From positions 3,772-67,771 of the forward strand of contig JBDKLC010000006.1 of NCBI GenBank assembly GCA_039795775.1: a stretch of 64,000 nt of DNA, in the 5' to 3' direction. The notes below the pieces were generated by a model. It did no database searches and was not told the origin of the DNA. It saw nothing but the letters and a program-made list of their open reading frames with translations. This DNA comes from Candidatus Parcubacteria bacterium (GTDB lineage Bacteria > Patescibacteriota > Minisyncoccia > Phycocordibacterales > CAIZLB01). Of this stretch, positions 45,102 through 58,130 are shown one piece after another (within the stretch, counting starts at the first letter, position 1; the number at the start of each line of letters is the position of its first letter). The translations under genes and the position numbers were made by a program.

Positions 45102-46529
45102 CTATCGAAGGGTTTCAAATTGTTTTCCAATCGCAAACAATATATCTTCTCGTGTATGTGGAGCCATAAACTGGATACCGAGTGGTAGATTCTTCCCTTC
45201 TACTTCTGTAAATCCAGATGGGATTGAAATTGCTGGCAAACCAACAAGGTTGGCTGTCACGGTGAATACGTCTTCGAGGTACATTTGGATAGGATCGTCT
45301 GTCTTCTCTCCTACTTTGAATGCTGGTGATGGAGCAGTCGGTGTGAGAATAACATCGACACTCGCAAATGCTTTTTTGAAGTCCGCTCGAATAAGATCTC
45401 GCACGATGTTGGCTTTGTTGTAGAACGCATCTGCGTATCCGGCTGAAAGCACGTATGTACCAAGCATGATACGTCGTCGCACTTCTTTTCCAAGAAGATT
45501 TCCTCGGGTAGAGAGATAGTCACCGAGCAAGTCAGCACCTGCCACTTTTGAGCCGTATTTGATACCGTCAAATCGGGCCATGTTTGAAGAAACTTCCGCT
45601 GGCATGATGACGTAGTATACGGCAAGAGAATATTTGATATGAGGAAGCGATACCTCTGTCACTTCTACTCCTGCTTTTTTGAGCTTTTCTACCGACTCAT
45701 TGAAATTTTGTACAACCGCAGGATGAAGACCTCCAACGTTTGTGAGTTCTGGAACAATACCCACTCTGATTTTTGCTGGTGTTTCTTTTGGAGAAAGTTC
45801 GGCATTAGTGAGCGATGTTGAGTCGAATCGGTCATTGCCTTTAATAATATTGAAAAGAGTTTCTGTTTCTTCTACGGTCTTTGCTGTTGGAGATACAACG
45901 TCGAGAGAAGAACCCATGGCCATGAGACCATGTCGTGATACTGCTCCGTATGTTGGCTTGAGACCTACTACTCCACAAAATGAGCCAGGCTGTCTGATTG
46001 AACCGCCTGTATCTGAACCAATTGATACAAGTGCTCCATTCATAGCGACTGATGCAGTAGAACCTCCAGATGTTCCTCCAGCAACTCGAGATGTATCGTG
46101 TGGATTTCTTGTTGGACCGTACGCAGAGTTTTCTGTAGATCCGCCCATGGCAAATTCATCCATGTTTACTCGTCCAATAAATACAGCTCCAGCATTCTTG
46201 AGTTTCTCGATAACAGTTGCATCGTATGGAGCTACATAGTGTTCGAGAATTTTTGAAGCAGCACCGGCGATTCGTCCTTTGATTGTAATGTTGTCTTTGA
46301 TAGACATTGGAATACCGAGAAGTGGACTCTTATCTCCTGCTGCTCGCTTCTTGTCAGCTTCTGCTGCCTGATCGAGCGCATCAGCAAACACTTCGAGGTA
46401 TGCGTTTACGTCTTTGTTTTTCTTTTCGATTTCTGCGAGATACATCTTTGTGAGGTCGACAGATGTAAGAGCCCCAGAGTTCATGAGGTCAAGTGCTTTT
46501 GAAATAGTGAGTGTTGTGAGGTCGATCAT
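45102..46529 (-). CDS. gatA: Glutamyl-tRNA(Gln)/aspartyl-tRNA(Asn) amidotransferase subunit A
   Basis: Amidase signature GGSSGGSAAAVA-like (GGTSGGSTASVA). 475 aa, with gatC directly downstream. Confidence 0.85.
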   Translation of the reverse strand: MIDLTTLTISKALDLMNSGALTSVDLTKMYLAEIEKKNKDVNAYLEVFADALDQAAEADKKRAAGDKSPLLGIPMSIKDNITIKGRIAGAASKILEHYVAPYDATVIEKLKNAGAVFIGRVNMDEFAMGGSTENSAYGPTRNPHDTSRVAGGTSGGSTASVAMNGALVSIGSDTGGSIRQPGSFCGVVGLKPTYGAVSRHGLMAMGSSLDVVSPTAKTVEETETLFNIIKGNDRFDSTSLTNAELSPKETPAKIRVGIVPELTNVGGLHPAVVQNFNESVEKLKKAGVEVTEVSLPHIKYSLAVYYVIMPAEVSSNMARFDGIKYGSKVAGADLLGDYLSTRGNLLGKEVRRRIMLGTYVLSAGYADAFYNKANIVRDLIRADFKKAFASVDVILTPTAPSPAFKVGEKTDDPIQMYLEDVFTVTANLVGLPAISIPSGFTEVEGKNLPLGIQFMAPHTREDILFAIGKQFETLR

Positions 46530-46557
46530 ATAAAAGAATGAGAAGATTCGTTAATAA

Positions 46558-46869
46558 TTAGTTGAGGATTTTTTTAACTTTTATATATCCGTCCTGTGAT
46601 TCAGGAGCAAGCTTCACAAGAGCATCTCGATCTGTATCGAGTGGTGCTGCGACATCATCTCGCAACATATTTCGGTGAGGATACTGGTCTGGAGTCTTAT
46701 CTTTTGTAGTATCTACATCAGCTGTGACATCTTTGATCTGCTCTACATATGCCAAAATAGAGTCGATTTCTTTAGTATATCGCTCTGCTTCTTCATCACT
46801 CAACTGCATTCGAGAAAGTGACGCTAATTTCTTTATATCTGCCTGTGTAATATTGCCTGAAGATGACAT
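46558..46869 (-). CDS. gatC: Glu/Asp-tRNA amidotransferase subunit C
   Basis: 103 aa. The typical N-terminus I.QADIKKLASLSRMQLSDEEAERY...ILAYVEQI. Confidence 0.75.
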   Translation of the reverse strand: MSSSGNITQADIKKLASLSRMQLSDEEAERYTKEIDSILAYVEQIKDVTADVDTTKDKTPDQYPHRNMLRDDVAAPLDTDRDALVKLAPESQDGYIKVKKILN

Positions 46870-46996
46870 ATATATGTATGACTACGTTTTATAGGCGTAT
46901 CATAGCACTATTTATAGATTTTTCTAAATGTAAGGCCTGAGTGAGATTTTTGCGATTCTCCACAGGTTTTTAGGGTCTTCTTTTTTCTCTTTAGAG

Positions 46997-47075
46997 CATA
47001 GTGTCACAAAATGTCATAAAAACGACATACCAATGACACTCCGGTGTTAGTTTTATGACATTTTGTGACACTATG
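46997..47075. repeat. MITE-like element with perfect 25-bp terminal inverted repeats (catagtgtcacaaaatgtcataaaa ... ttttatgacattttgtgacactatg) and a 29-bp spacer
   Basis: A perfect inverted repeat read directly from the sequence. It lies intergenic between the ligA stop and the gatC start. Confidence 0.55.
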
Positions 47076-47149
47076 CGAATTTATTCAAATTGCTTAACTC
47101 AATTTGCTTGATACAAATGTATATTTTAACGTTTATCTTTATTCAAGAT

Positions 47150-49761
<2,612 letters not shown>

Positions 49762-49762
49762 A

Positions 49763-50380
49763 TTATTTTTCGGCTTTCCAGTTAGTAAGAGTTTCTCTAA
49801 TCTTGAAAACGTTTTCAGTACCTCCAGATCTCCATTTCATTTCAACAGTAATGACTACTTCTGTATCTTGAGTCTCAATTCCTTGACGTTGTACTTTATT
49901 CAAATAAATTGTTCGTGAGAAAGGAGCGAGTGTCCCTGTGTATGTGGATCCACCAAAAAGTCCTGTACTTGTATCAAAGTTGAGTGGACCACACCCTGTC
50001 GATGCACACTGGAGAAATCCATATCCTGAACCTGAACCCGTTCGTACCATCGAGCATTTATTAATTTCAGAGTTGCTGTCGTTTATACATGGAATCTGTG
50101 CTGTAGTAACAACATCTGTAGTTGTAGCTATGCCATTCAACCACATATCAGGGTTTGATGGATATCTAAGAGCGTTTTGGTCTCGGGAATTTCGAATATA
50201 CTCAATAGCTTCTTGAGCGAGATAGAAAGCGGTCATTTGATCACGTGAGAAGTATGAAGATCGAAGTGACTGAGCTACGATTGAAAGTGGACCGGTAATA
50301 GCGATAACAAGAATAGAAATAGCTACTAATGTCTCAATGATAGTGAACCCTTTATTTTGCTGTATGTTCTTGTGCTTCAT
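49763..50380 (-). CDS. Type IV minor pilin (prepilin-type N-terminal cleavage/methylation domain)
   Basis: QNKGFTIIETLVAISILVIAI. Confidence 0.6.
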   Translation of the reverse strand: MKHKNIQQNKGFTIIETLVAISILVIAITGPLSIVAQSLRSSYFSRDQMTAFYLAQEAIEYIRNSRDQNALRYPSNPDMWLNGIATTTDVVTTAQIPCINDSNSEINKCSMVRTGSGSGYGFLQCASTGCGPLNFDTSTGLFGGSTYTGTLAPFSRTIYLNKVQRQGIETQDTEVVITVEMKWRSGGTENVFKIRETLTNWKAEK

Positions 50381-50381
50381 A

Positions 50382-51014
50382 TTAAATATTAAGAACTCGC
50401 TGTGAAATAAATGTTTGTAAATTGAATGTCGACACGGTTGTAGGATTCACCTTTGCTGTACCTCTAATAAGCAAAAACACCCCAGGCTGTTCAGCATTTG
50501 GATCACCCTGTGATGTATTTGGACTCTTTATATAAAATCTCATATCTGTAATGTTGATTTCTGGTGAAGTAACTTTACTATCAGCTCCGCAAGATCCCGC
50601 AGCAGTACAACTCTTTTTGAGAATATATCCTGGCGCATTTCCAGAAGGTGCAACGAATTCGTAGTGAACACTTCGTTCTGCTCCAGAAATAGTAGAAATG
50701 AGGTTGATGTAGTTGAGGGCTGTCGATGGACTACAATTGGATGGGATTGATTTTACCAAGTCTGTAATTGGGAATTCACTGTAGGCACATCGGTACTCAT
50801 ACCCTGTCTTGATATCTCGCACCATACTTTCAATAGCAAAACTCAAGTTGTTTGACACAGAGTTGATAGCTTGCGATTTTTTGTTTCCATCAATAACACT
50901 CATGATAACTCCAAGACTAATTGTCATTACAACAGCAAATAAACCAACTGAAACAAGCATTTCAATCAATGTAAATCCTTTTTGTGCTGTAGCTTTTTTA
51001 AAAGAGGTTTTCAT
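50382..51014 (-). CDS. Type IV minor pilin
   Basis: AQKGFTLIEMLVSVGLFAVVM. The start is probably MKTSFKK. Confidence 0.6.
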   Translation of the reverse strand: MKTSFKKATAQKGFTLIEMLVSVGLFAVVMTISLGVIMSVIDGNKKSQAINSVSNNLSFAIESMVRDIKTGYEYRCAYSEFPITDLVKSIPSNCSPSTALNYINLISTISGAERSVHYEFVAPSGNAPGYILKKSCTAAGSCGADSKVTSPEINITDMRFYIKSPNTSQGDPNAEQPGVFLLIRGTAKVNPTTVSTFNLQTFISQRVLNI

Positions 51015-51025
51015 AGGATTAACAA

Positions 51026-51691
51026 TTAAATACATTTACCACCTTCCTTCCCTTCTACACGAATCTGACCAGTCTGTTCTACTACGACAACTCGACAGTT
51101 ATCACCAGTAGGAGTTTTTATCACAATATATGCGGGACCAGAAAGATTAGTATCGATTCCTTCGTTGATGAGTACAGCGCTTCCACTAATATTTCCTCTG
51201 AGGAAAACAGCCTCTGGATTTGGTCGTTTAAAAATAATATTGATAAGAGTACTGTTACCAACACATTCTCCAGGAATAGCACCAATACACTGAGCAACGA
51301 TAGAGTTTCCTCGCTGGTTCTGAATTGTATAGACAGAAGATACTTCTGAAGGACCACTCACTCGCTGGTTGTTATCCTTGTCATTGAAGAGAGTCACTTG
51401 TCCTGGAGTTCGAGGGTCGAATGAAATACCGTATCCCCCTTCAAATCCCTGCGCCGCATCTGCTGCTCGTACACCAATACCATATGACTGAGTCTCCCGA
51501 ACGAGAAGTGCAATTTCATACGCGAGATTGGTGAGCAGAATATTGTTGTTGAGTTTGTTCTGATTGAAAAGTGCAATGGAAAGGATGAGACTGAAAATAC
51601 CAATTACCACAATAAGCTCGATAAGTGAAAAGCCTTTTTGAAGAGATGCAGCGGCTTTTTTTATGTTTGATGTAAGTGGAGAGAGCTTCAT
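51026..51691 (-). CDS. Type IV minor pilin
   Basis: LQKGFSLIELIVVIGIFSLIL. The start is probably MKLSPL. Confidence 0.6.
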   Translation of the reverse strand: MKLSPLTSNIKKAAASLQKGFSLIELIVVIGIFSLILSIALFNQNKLNNNILLTNLAYEIALLVRETQSYGIGVRAADAAQGFEGGYGISFDPRTPGQVTLFNDKDNNQRVSGPSEVSSVYTIQNQRGNSIVAQCIGAIPGECVGNSTLINIIFKRPNPEAVFLRGNISGSAVLINEGIDTNLSGPAYIVIKTPTGDNCRVVVVEQTGQIRVEGKEGGKCI

Positions 51692-51710
51692 GATATGAGG
51701 TACATATTCA

Positions 51711-52583
51711 TTAGAATAATGAAAGATGTGCAACTATATTATAGCTGAAAAAGTATACGATGAGGAGGCCTATTATGAGAAATGGAGCGAACGGAATTTC
51801 ACTTTTCATATTGAGAACAGACAGTCGAAATTTGAGACCAAGGAAATTGTGAGTGCGTGCACCTTTCAACAACTCTGCAAGAAGCAAAATAGCAATAGAC
51901 ACTACTGCTCCTACCCAAAATGCGAGCATGATTGCAGATGCTCCTGCTGTGAGTCCCAAGAACCACCCCATACCAAGTGCGAGCTTTGCATCTCCAAGGC
52001 CCATCCACTTTCCTCTTGAAAGAAGCCAGACGAGATAAAAAGGAAACGCCAGAAGTGGCCCAGCTCCGATAGTAGAAAGTGCAGGCACAACAAAACCAAG
52101 ACCACCGTGTGCTGACGCACCAAAGAACATATGTACAAATGCAATGAGTGCAAACGTATACGCAAACACATTTGGAATTATTTTGTGGCGCATGTCGTAC
52201 ACGAGAATAATAACGAGGACAGACATCTGAATGAGCGCATACACGAGCTCATACGCAAAGAGTGACGAAGCTCGTACCGCCATATCTGCATACTGTTGGA
52301 ATACACCAAAAAACAAGAGTCCAGTCAAAAGCTCAATTATCGGATACTGCCAAGAGATTTTACTTTTACATGTTCTACACTTCCCTCCTGTACTCAAAAA
52401 AGAAAAAAGTGGAATAAGATCATACCACTTGAGAGTCCGTCTACACGAAAAACATTGTGATCGTCCAAGAACAGTTCTTCCTGTGTTAAATCTATAAATA
52501 ACTACGTTAAGAAAACTACCAATAATAAGACCTAGTAATGCAAAATAAATAGAAAAAAAGATGTGCATGAAGTCATTATACAA
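51711..52583 (-). CDS. pilD: Prepilin peptidase (A24 family, PilD)
   Basis: An N-terminal Zn-binding tetra-Cys (CFSCRRTL...CRTCK) and multi-TM with conserved Asp-containing regions. Confidence 0.8.
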   Translation of the reverse strand: MYNDFMHIFFSIYFALLGLIIGSFLNVVIYRFNTGRTVLGRSQCFSCRRTLKWYDLIPLFSFLSTGGKCRTCKSKISWQYPIIELLTGLLFFGVFQQYADMAVRASSLFAYELVYALIQMSVLVIILVYDMRHKIIPNVFAYTFALIAFVHMFFGASAHGGLGFVVPALSTIGAGPLLAFPFYLVWLLSRGKWMGLGDAKLALGMGWFLGLTAGASAIMLAFWVGAVVSIAILLLAELLKGARTHNFLGLKFRLSVLNMKSEIPFAPFLIIGLLIVYFFSYNIVAHLSLF

Positions 52584-52638
52584 TAAAAGAAAAAACCGAG
52601 CATGCTCGGTTTTTTCCCAACAAAATCTTTAAGAGAGA

Positions 52639-53103
52639 TTATTTACAAGCTGTAGCACCTGTAAGTGTTGTTGTTGTTGTCGCAATAGCGTTACCACTAC
52701 TGTCTACACAATAACTACCACTTCCTGATGGCAAAGCTGCTGCTACTACCCAACTTGTAGCTGGAGCACCAGTAGAGATACAACTAACTGTTGTAGCACC
52801 GGCCTTGTATGTAGCGTTGATGAGGTTTGCAACACCGTTTGTTCCTCCGAATACTGTTGTCGCTGTTGATGTAGCGCCAGAACAAGCACCCGCAGTCTGA
52901 GCTGTTGTACCGTAGTTGTTACTACCTGAATAGTAAAGTTCTGCCTGTGCTCGCATACTTGAAAGCTGAGACTGTACGGCAGCGTCTTGACCCTTAGATC
53001 GAGCTGTTGTAAGTGAAGCCAAAACCACTGAAGAAAGGATACCGATGATGGCAATTACCACGAGAAGTTCGATGAGGGTAAAACCTTTATTAGTTGATCG
53101 CAT
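52639..53103 (-). CDS. pilA: Major type IV pilin (PilA-like)
   Basis: KGFTLIELLVVIAIIGILSSVVLASL, and a C-terminal Cys pair (YCVDSS...TACK) forming the D-region. Confidence 0.75.
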   Translation of the reverse strand: MRSTNKGFTLIELLVVIAIIGILSSVVLASLTTARSKGQDAAVQSQLSSMRAQAELYYSGSNNYGTTAQTAGACSGATSTATTVFGGTNGVANLINATYKAGATTVSCISTGAPATSWVVAAALPSGSGSYCVDSSGNAIATTTTTLTGATACK

Positions 53104-53211
53104 TTTTAAATATATTTATAACTTGATTAATCCGTTTCGATCCATGAGATCAAAGCGTGCACTAATTATACTAAACTTAGCCCTTCCTGCCCCCTGACGT
53201 GTGGATAACAC

Positions 53212-54420
53212 CTAGAGAGAAGATGATACGTTGTAGATAGGAATGAGTACTGAAGCCAAGAGAAAGCCTACGCCAAGACCGAGCATAACGATCATGAGTG
53301 GTTCGATAAGGTCTACCAATGTGTCTACTGCAGTAACCACTTCTCGCTGGTAGAACTTAGCGAGAGTCTTAAGAATACTACCGAGTTCTCCGGATTCTTC
53401 ACCAATCTTCATCATTTGCACCATAATACCTGGAACTTCTGCATGTCGAGCGACAGCATCAGAAAGTGCGGAACCCCCTTTCACCTGTTCGAGTACATCT
53501 GCCAAGATTTCTTCGAAGACATGGTTGTCTACTACTGAGCCCGTGAGTTCAAGAGCTTTTACAACTGGAATACCTGATGAAAGCATTGTGTCGAGGTTGT
53601 CAGCAATTCGTGACAAATATAATTTTCGATACAAGTTACCAATGTATGGTACTGAAATTTTAAATTGAGAAAATGCAATTTTGCCGGCTGTTGTTTGACT
53701 AAATCGGAAAAGAACGCCAAGCCCAACAACGAGCAATACAAGGAAGAACAAACCGTAGTCTACTAAAAAGTTACTAAGTGCAATTACGATTTTTGTATAT
53801 GTTGGAATTTCTTGCCCAGAACTAAGAATAATAGAACTGATCTTTGGGATTACAACTGTAAGCATCAATGCCATTACAGCGAAGAATGTTGAGATTACAA
53901 AGGCTGGATAGATAAGAGCGTTTTTTACTTTTGATGAAACTTCATAGTTTCGATCCATGTAATCGGCAAGATACTGGAATGTTTCGTCGAGCTTACCTGA
54001 TTCTTCTCCGGCTCGAACCATGTTCACATAGAATGTAGTGAACACTTTTGAGTGTTTTGCGAGTGCCGCAGAAATAGTCCCTCCTCCCTGCAAGTCATCT
54101 GACACCTGTGCCAACACTTTTCGAAGTGCCTTATTTTCAGTTTCAGAAGCTAGGAGTCGGAAAATTCGAAGTGCCGATACTTGCGCTGTAAAGAGTGTCG
54201 ACATCTGTCGCGACAAGATCACAACGTCTTTGTTTGAGACATGATCAAAGAATGAAATGTCTTTTGTAAGAAGACCGCCTTGATCGTCTGCAGATTTGAT
54301 AGTAGTGATTACAAGACCTCGTCTCTGGAGTGAGCTAATAGCCACATCGACGTTGATTGCATCGACTGAGCCTTCACTTTCTACTCCATTTTCATTTAGT
54401 GCCTTGTATTTGAATAACAT
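53212..54420 (-). CDS. pilC: Type IV pilus inner-membrane platform protein PilC (GspF family)
   Basis: 402 aa with a duplicated GspF domain architecture and three TM. Confidence 0.8.
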   Translation of the reverse strand: MLFKYKALNENGVESEGSVDAINVDVAISSLQRRGLVITTIKSADDQGGLLTKDISFFDHVSNKDVVILSRQMSTLFTAQVSALRIFRLLASETENKALRKVLAQVSDDLQGGGTISAALAKHSKVFTTFYVNMVRAGEESGKLDETFQYLADYMDRNYEVSSKVKNALIYPAFVISTFFAVMALMLTVVIPKISSIILSSGQEIPTYTKIVIALSNFLVDYGLFFLVLLVVGLGVLFRFSQTTAGKIAFSQFKISVPYIGNLYRKLYLSRIADNLDTMLSSGIPVVKALELTGSVVDNHVFEEILADVLEQVKGGSALSDAVARHAEVPGIMVQMMKIGEESGELGSILKTLAKFYQREVVTAVDTLVDLIEPLMIVMLGLGVGFLLASVLIPIYNVSSSL

Positions 54421-54464
54421 GTAATTCTTTGTTGTGTACGTTTATTCTAACCCACTATCACCTA

Positions 54465-55526
54465 TTACAAAAGTCTTTCCAAAATCTTTGGGTTGAGTGA
54501 ATGCTGGTATGCGTTTTCAATCGTGATTTCTCCCTTTCGAACGAGTTCTGCGAGTGATCGGTTCATATCAATCATACCTTCCTGAAGACCTGTTTCGATT
54601 ACAGTGTTGATTTCGTGAGTTCGCTTTTCTCGAATGAGGTTTGCTACCGCACTATTTGCGATAAGAAGTTCGTATGCAGGAATCATACCGCCTGAAATTC
54701 GAGGGATGAGTCGCTGTGAGAAGATACCAGTAAGAGAACTGGCAAGCTGAATTCGAATCTGATCTTGCTGGTTTGCTGGGAAGGAGTCGATGATTCGGTC
54801 GATAGTCTGGGCAGCGTTGTTTGTGTGGAGTGTTGAGAATACCAAGTGACCTGTTTCAGCAGCTGTTACAGCCGCTGACATTGTTTCGTGTCCTCGCATT
54901 TCCCCTACCAAAAGTACGTTTACGTCTTGTCGGAATACAGCAAGAAGACCTGCTGAAAAATCTTCTGTGTCGAGTCGTACTTCTCGCTGGTCGATGATTG
55001 CTTTCTTTTGTTCGTATACGTATTCGATAGGATCTTCAATTGTAATGATGTGCTCAGCTCGTTCCCGGTTGATGAGTTCAATCATGGCAGCAAGAGTTGT
55101 TGTCTTACCCATTCCCACTGGACCTACTACGAGGAAAAAGCCTTGCGACTTTCGTGCGAATGTCTCAAGAATTGGTGGAAGGTTGAGTTCTTCCATAGTT
55201 TTGATTTGCTTTGGGATAAGTCGGAGAACCGCACTTGGAAGACCTTGCTGATAAAATGCGTTACCTCGGAATCGAGCCTCAGATTTGTGTTCGTATGAAA
55301 AGTCTACTTCTTTCTTGTCTTTGAATCGTGCTGAATTTTTTTCACCAAGAAGAATTTCGAGATACTGATGAAGTGTCTCTGTGTCGAGAATATCTCGTTT
55401 TACGAGTGGAATAAGTGAACCTGATACACGGATATATGGATGTCGCCCTTCAGATAAGTGAAGATCTGATCCACCTTCTCGAATAACAATACTAAGTAAT
55501 TCTTCTAGTTGTGATTTGTAATCCAT
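54465..55526 (-). CDS. pilT: Type IV pilus retraction ATPase PilT
   Basis: 353 aa. GSDLHLSEGRHPYIRVSG, Walker A GPVGMGKTTT, and Asp/His boxes. Confidence 0.85.
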   Translation of the reverse strand: MDYKSQLEELLSIVIREGGSDLHLSEGRHPYIRVSGSLIPLVKRDILDTETLHQYLEILLGEKNSARFKDKKEVDFSYEHKSEARFRGNAFYQQGLPSAVLRLIPKQIKTMEELNLPPILETFARKSQGFFLVVGPVGMGKTTTLAAMIELINRERAEHIITIEDPIEYVYEQKKAIIDQREVRLDTEDFSAGLLAVFRQDVNVLLVGEMRGHETMSAAVTAAETGHLVFSTLHTNNAAQTIDRIIDSFPANQQDQIRIQLASSLTGIFSQRLIPRISGGMIPAYELLIANSAVANLIREKRTHEINTVIETGLQEGMIDMNRSLAELVRKGEITIENAYQHSLNPKILERLL

Positions 55527-55543
55527 ACGTTTTTTATTAGATC

Positions 55544-55936
55544 CTATTTCTTATTTTTAAGCATTCGAAGAACTTCTGAAACTACTTCTGACGGGATAGT
55601 TGTTGCTTTTACAATATATCCATCAATTCCGAGTCGTTTTGCTTTATCAATATCTGATGACTGACCCTGATTACTCAATATGAGTACTCGCGCCTCTTTT
55701 GCTAAATTTTCTTGTCTCATCTTTTCGAGTACCTCTAGACCATCCATTACGGGCATAACAATGTCGAGTACGATAGCGTCTGGTACAAATCCCCCTTCGA
55801 GTTTTGTTATGGCTTCGGCTCCATCGGAAGCTGTAGTTACAGCAAAATTCTCTTTTTGAAATTTGAGAGAGTACATGTTGAGAAGAAACTTATCATCGTC
55901 AACAATTAAAATTTTGTAAGGAATATCGCCGTTCAT
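55544..55936 (-). CDS. Stand-alone CheY-like response-regulator receiver (PilH/PilG-like)
   Basis: ILIVDDD...D57 equivalent in VLDIVMPVMDG...LSNQG...K. 130 aa with no output domain. Confidence 0.75.
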   Translation of the reverse strand: MNGDIPYKILIVDDDKFLLNMYSLKFQKENFAVTTASDGAEAITKLEGGFVPDAIVLDIVMPVMDGLEVLEKMRQENLAKEARVLILSNQGQSSDIDKAKRLGIDGYIVKATTIPSEVVSEVLRMLKNKK

Positions 55937-55960
55937 AATATGTGTAAATTATATCACAAG

Positions 55961-57679
55961 CTACACTTTATTCACTTCTTCGTATGGGATTTCTTTTCGA
56001 AGCGCTCTTATAATTGCATCTTCTTTCATTGTAATCATTCCCTTCTTTCGAAGATGCTCACTGATAGCGATTTCTGTTGCACCTGAGAGAATAATTTTTT
56101 CGAGTTCTTTGTCCATTTTGAACATTTCAAATACAGCCTGTCGTCCCTTTGTGCCCTTAGGACTTTCAGGAGTTGGGTTGATTCGATATACCTCGTCTGA
56201 TGTAGGAATTTCTGATTTAAATTCTTCTGGCAAATCTGCAAACTGCTTATCTATCATTATCTTGATACTGCCATCGATCTTTTCAGCTTTTACGGCAGGT
56301 GTATATGCTTTACCTACAAGTCGCTGAGCCATACCGAGAATGAGTGTAGGAGCAATAAGATACGGGTCGATGCCCATGTCGATAAGTCGTGGAACAATAC
56401 CTACAGAACTGTTGGTGTGGATTGTTGAAAATACCAAGTGACCTGTAAGAGCGGCTTGGATAGCCAACTGCGCAGTTTCTTTATCTCGAATTTCCCCCAC
56501 CATGATTACGTCAGGGTCCTGTCGGAGAGTTGTTCGAAGACCGGTAGCAAATGTATATCCAATTTCTGGATGTACCTGTGACTGACTCATACCTTCGATG
56601 TTGTATTCCACCGGGTCTTCAAGAGAAAGTACGTTCTGTTCTTCTCGATCAACTTCGTTGATCATTGAATACAATGTTGTTGTCTTTCCAGAACCTGTAG
56701 GACCTGAAATAAGAATGAGGCCATATGGTCGGTCGATGGCTTCGAGCACCATTTTGAGTGACCGTGGAGACATACCGAGCTCGGCGAGCTTCTGTACACC
56801 TTTTTGCTGATCAAGAATTCGCATTACCACTTTTTCTCCGTAGTATGTTGGGAATGTAGAAACTCGGAAGTCGATTTTTCGTCCTTCAATTCGTGCAGAA
56901 AATCGTCCGTCTTGAGGCTTTCGTTTTTCGTCGAGCTTCATGTTACAGAGAATTTTTATTCGAGCCACTACAGCATCATGTACTTTTGCTGGGAGTATAA
57001 GACTTGTATTAAGAACTCCATCCACTCGGAATCGTACTCGCACTCGCTCTCGCATTGCTTCGATGTGCACGTCAGATGCTTCTCCTTCGATAGCATATCG
57101 GAGAATAGTTGCTACGATTTTTGTAACTGGAGCATCTTCTATAATATTTGCAGTCCCCTGTTTTTGTGTTGTGAGTTCTTCGTCTCGAGTAAGTTCTACA
57201 TCGTCAGCAGAAAATTCACTTTCAAGGTCTGTGAGCGCTTTACTTACTTCTCCCGTAAGACCCTTATACATATTAATGATTCGTTCGAAATCATCTTCTG
57301 TAATTAAAAATACTTTAAAAGGAAGATTTATTTTAGCTGAAATAAAGTTCAACGCATCTCGCGCTTCAATGTTGTCTGGATCTACGAGGCCTACTTCGAG
57401 AACTCCATCTACCACTCCTAAAGGAGCAAACTTATAGTGAGTCGCCGATTCTTCTGGAATATATTTAAGAATTTCAAAAGGAATATCTTTGTCCCCTACT
57501 GACTTTGTAGGAATATGAAGATATTCGCCTTTTGCTTTTATGATGACTTGTGCTGCAATTCCACGATCTCGTAATACCTCTTCAACAGTTTTCCCAGAGG
57601 TCTGAGCTTCCTGAGAAATAAATTCCACATCATCTTTTGTAATTATGTCTTGTTGAGCAAGAATATTGAGAAAACTCAT
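55961..57679 (-). CDS. pilB: Type IV pilus assembly ATPase PilB (GspE family)
   Basis: 572 aa. An N-terminal GspE_N domain and Walker A GPTGSGKTTT. Confidence 0.85.
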   Translation of the reverse strand: MSFLNILAQQDIITKDDVEFISQEAQTSGKTVEEVLRDRGIAAQVIIKAKGEYLHIPTKSVGDKDIPFEILKYIPEESATHYKFAPLGVVDGVLEVGLVDPDNIEARDALNFISAKINLPFKVFLITEDDFERIINMYKGLTGEVSKALTDLESEFSADDVELTRDEELTTQKQGTANIIEDAPVTKIVATILRYAIEGEASDVHIEAMRERVRVRFRVDGVLNTSLILPAKVHDAVVARIKILCNMKLDEKRKPQDGRFSARIEGRKIDFRVSTFPTYYGEKVVMRILDQQKGVQKLAELGMSPRSLKMVLEAIDRPYGLILISGPTGSGKTTTLYSMINEVDREEQNVLSLEDPVEYNIEGMSQSQVHPEIGYTFATGLRTTLRQDPDVIMVGEIRDKETAQLAIQAALTGHLVFSTIHTNSSVGIVPRLIDMGIDPYLIAPTLILGMAQRLVGKAYTPAVKAEKIDGSIKIMIDKQFADLPEEFKSEIPTSDEVYRINPTPESPKGTKGRQAVFEMFKMDKELEKIILSGATEIAISEHLRKKGMITMKEDAIIRALRKEIPYEEVNKV

Positions 57680-57691
57680 GTAGTATTTATA

Positions 57692-58129
57692 TTATCTTGG
57701 TCTAGTTGTTCGACTTGTTGATGCTGTAGTTGTTCCTTGAGCGCTAATAGTAAATCCGTTTGTAGAAGAACCACTTGCTGATACTTCTGTATCATTCTGA
57801 CCTAGTGGAGCAAATGGGTTTGGTCGACCTGCTGGTTGTGGAATAAGTTCTCGACTGAAGTCTACAAGACTAAGGTATGCCGGGTCAGAAAAGATATCTA
57901 CATTGAATCGAATATTTTGAATGGCCAAAAGTTGATTAACGAATTCTCGTCCAGGACCTTCACTCGCAGATGTATTACCTCCTGTACTTGCTGTCTGTGA
58001 TGTTCGAACAAGTGCATTCGAACTTGTTGCGCTCGATGCTGGCATAAATTTTGTGTATGCAAGAAAAGCAATAACAACAAGTATCACGATGAGAATCAAG
58101 TATTTAAATTTTGAAAGTGTTGCCATCAT
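57692..58129 (-). CDS. Pilus-biogenesis-associated membrane protein (PilP-like?)
   Basis: 145 aa. An N-terminal TM, a Ser/Thr linker, and a C-terminal NPFAP motif. Call is by position. Confidence 0.3.
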   Translation of the reverse strand: MMATLSKFKYLILIVILVVIAFLAYTKFMPASSATSSNALVRTSQTASTGGNTSASEGPGREFVNQLLAIQNIRFNVDIFSDPAYLSLVDFSRELIPQPAGRPNPFAPLGQNDTEVSASGSSTNGFTISAQGTTTASTSRTTRPR

Positions 58130-58130
58130 G

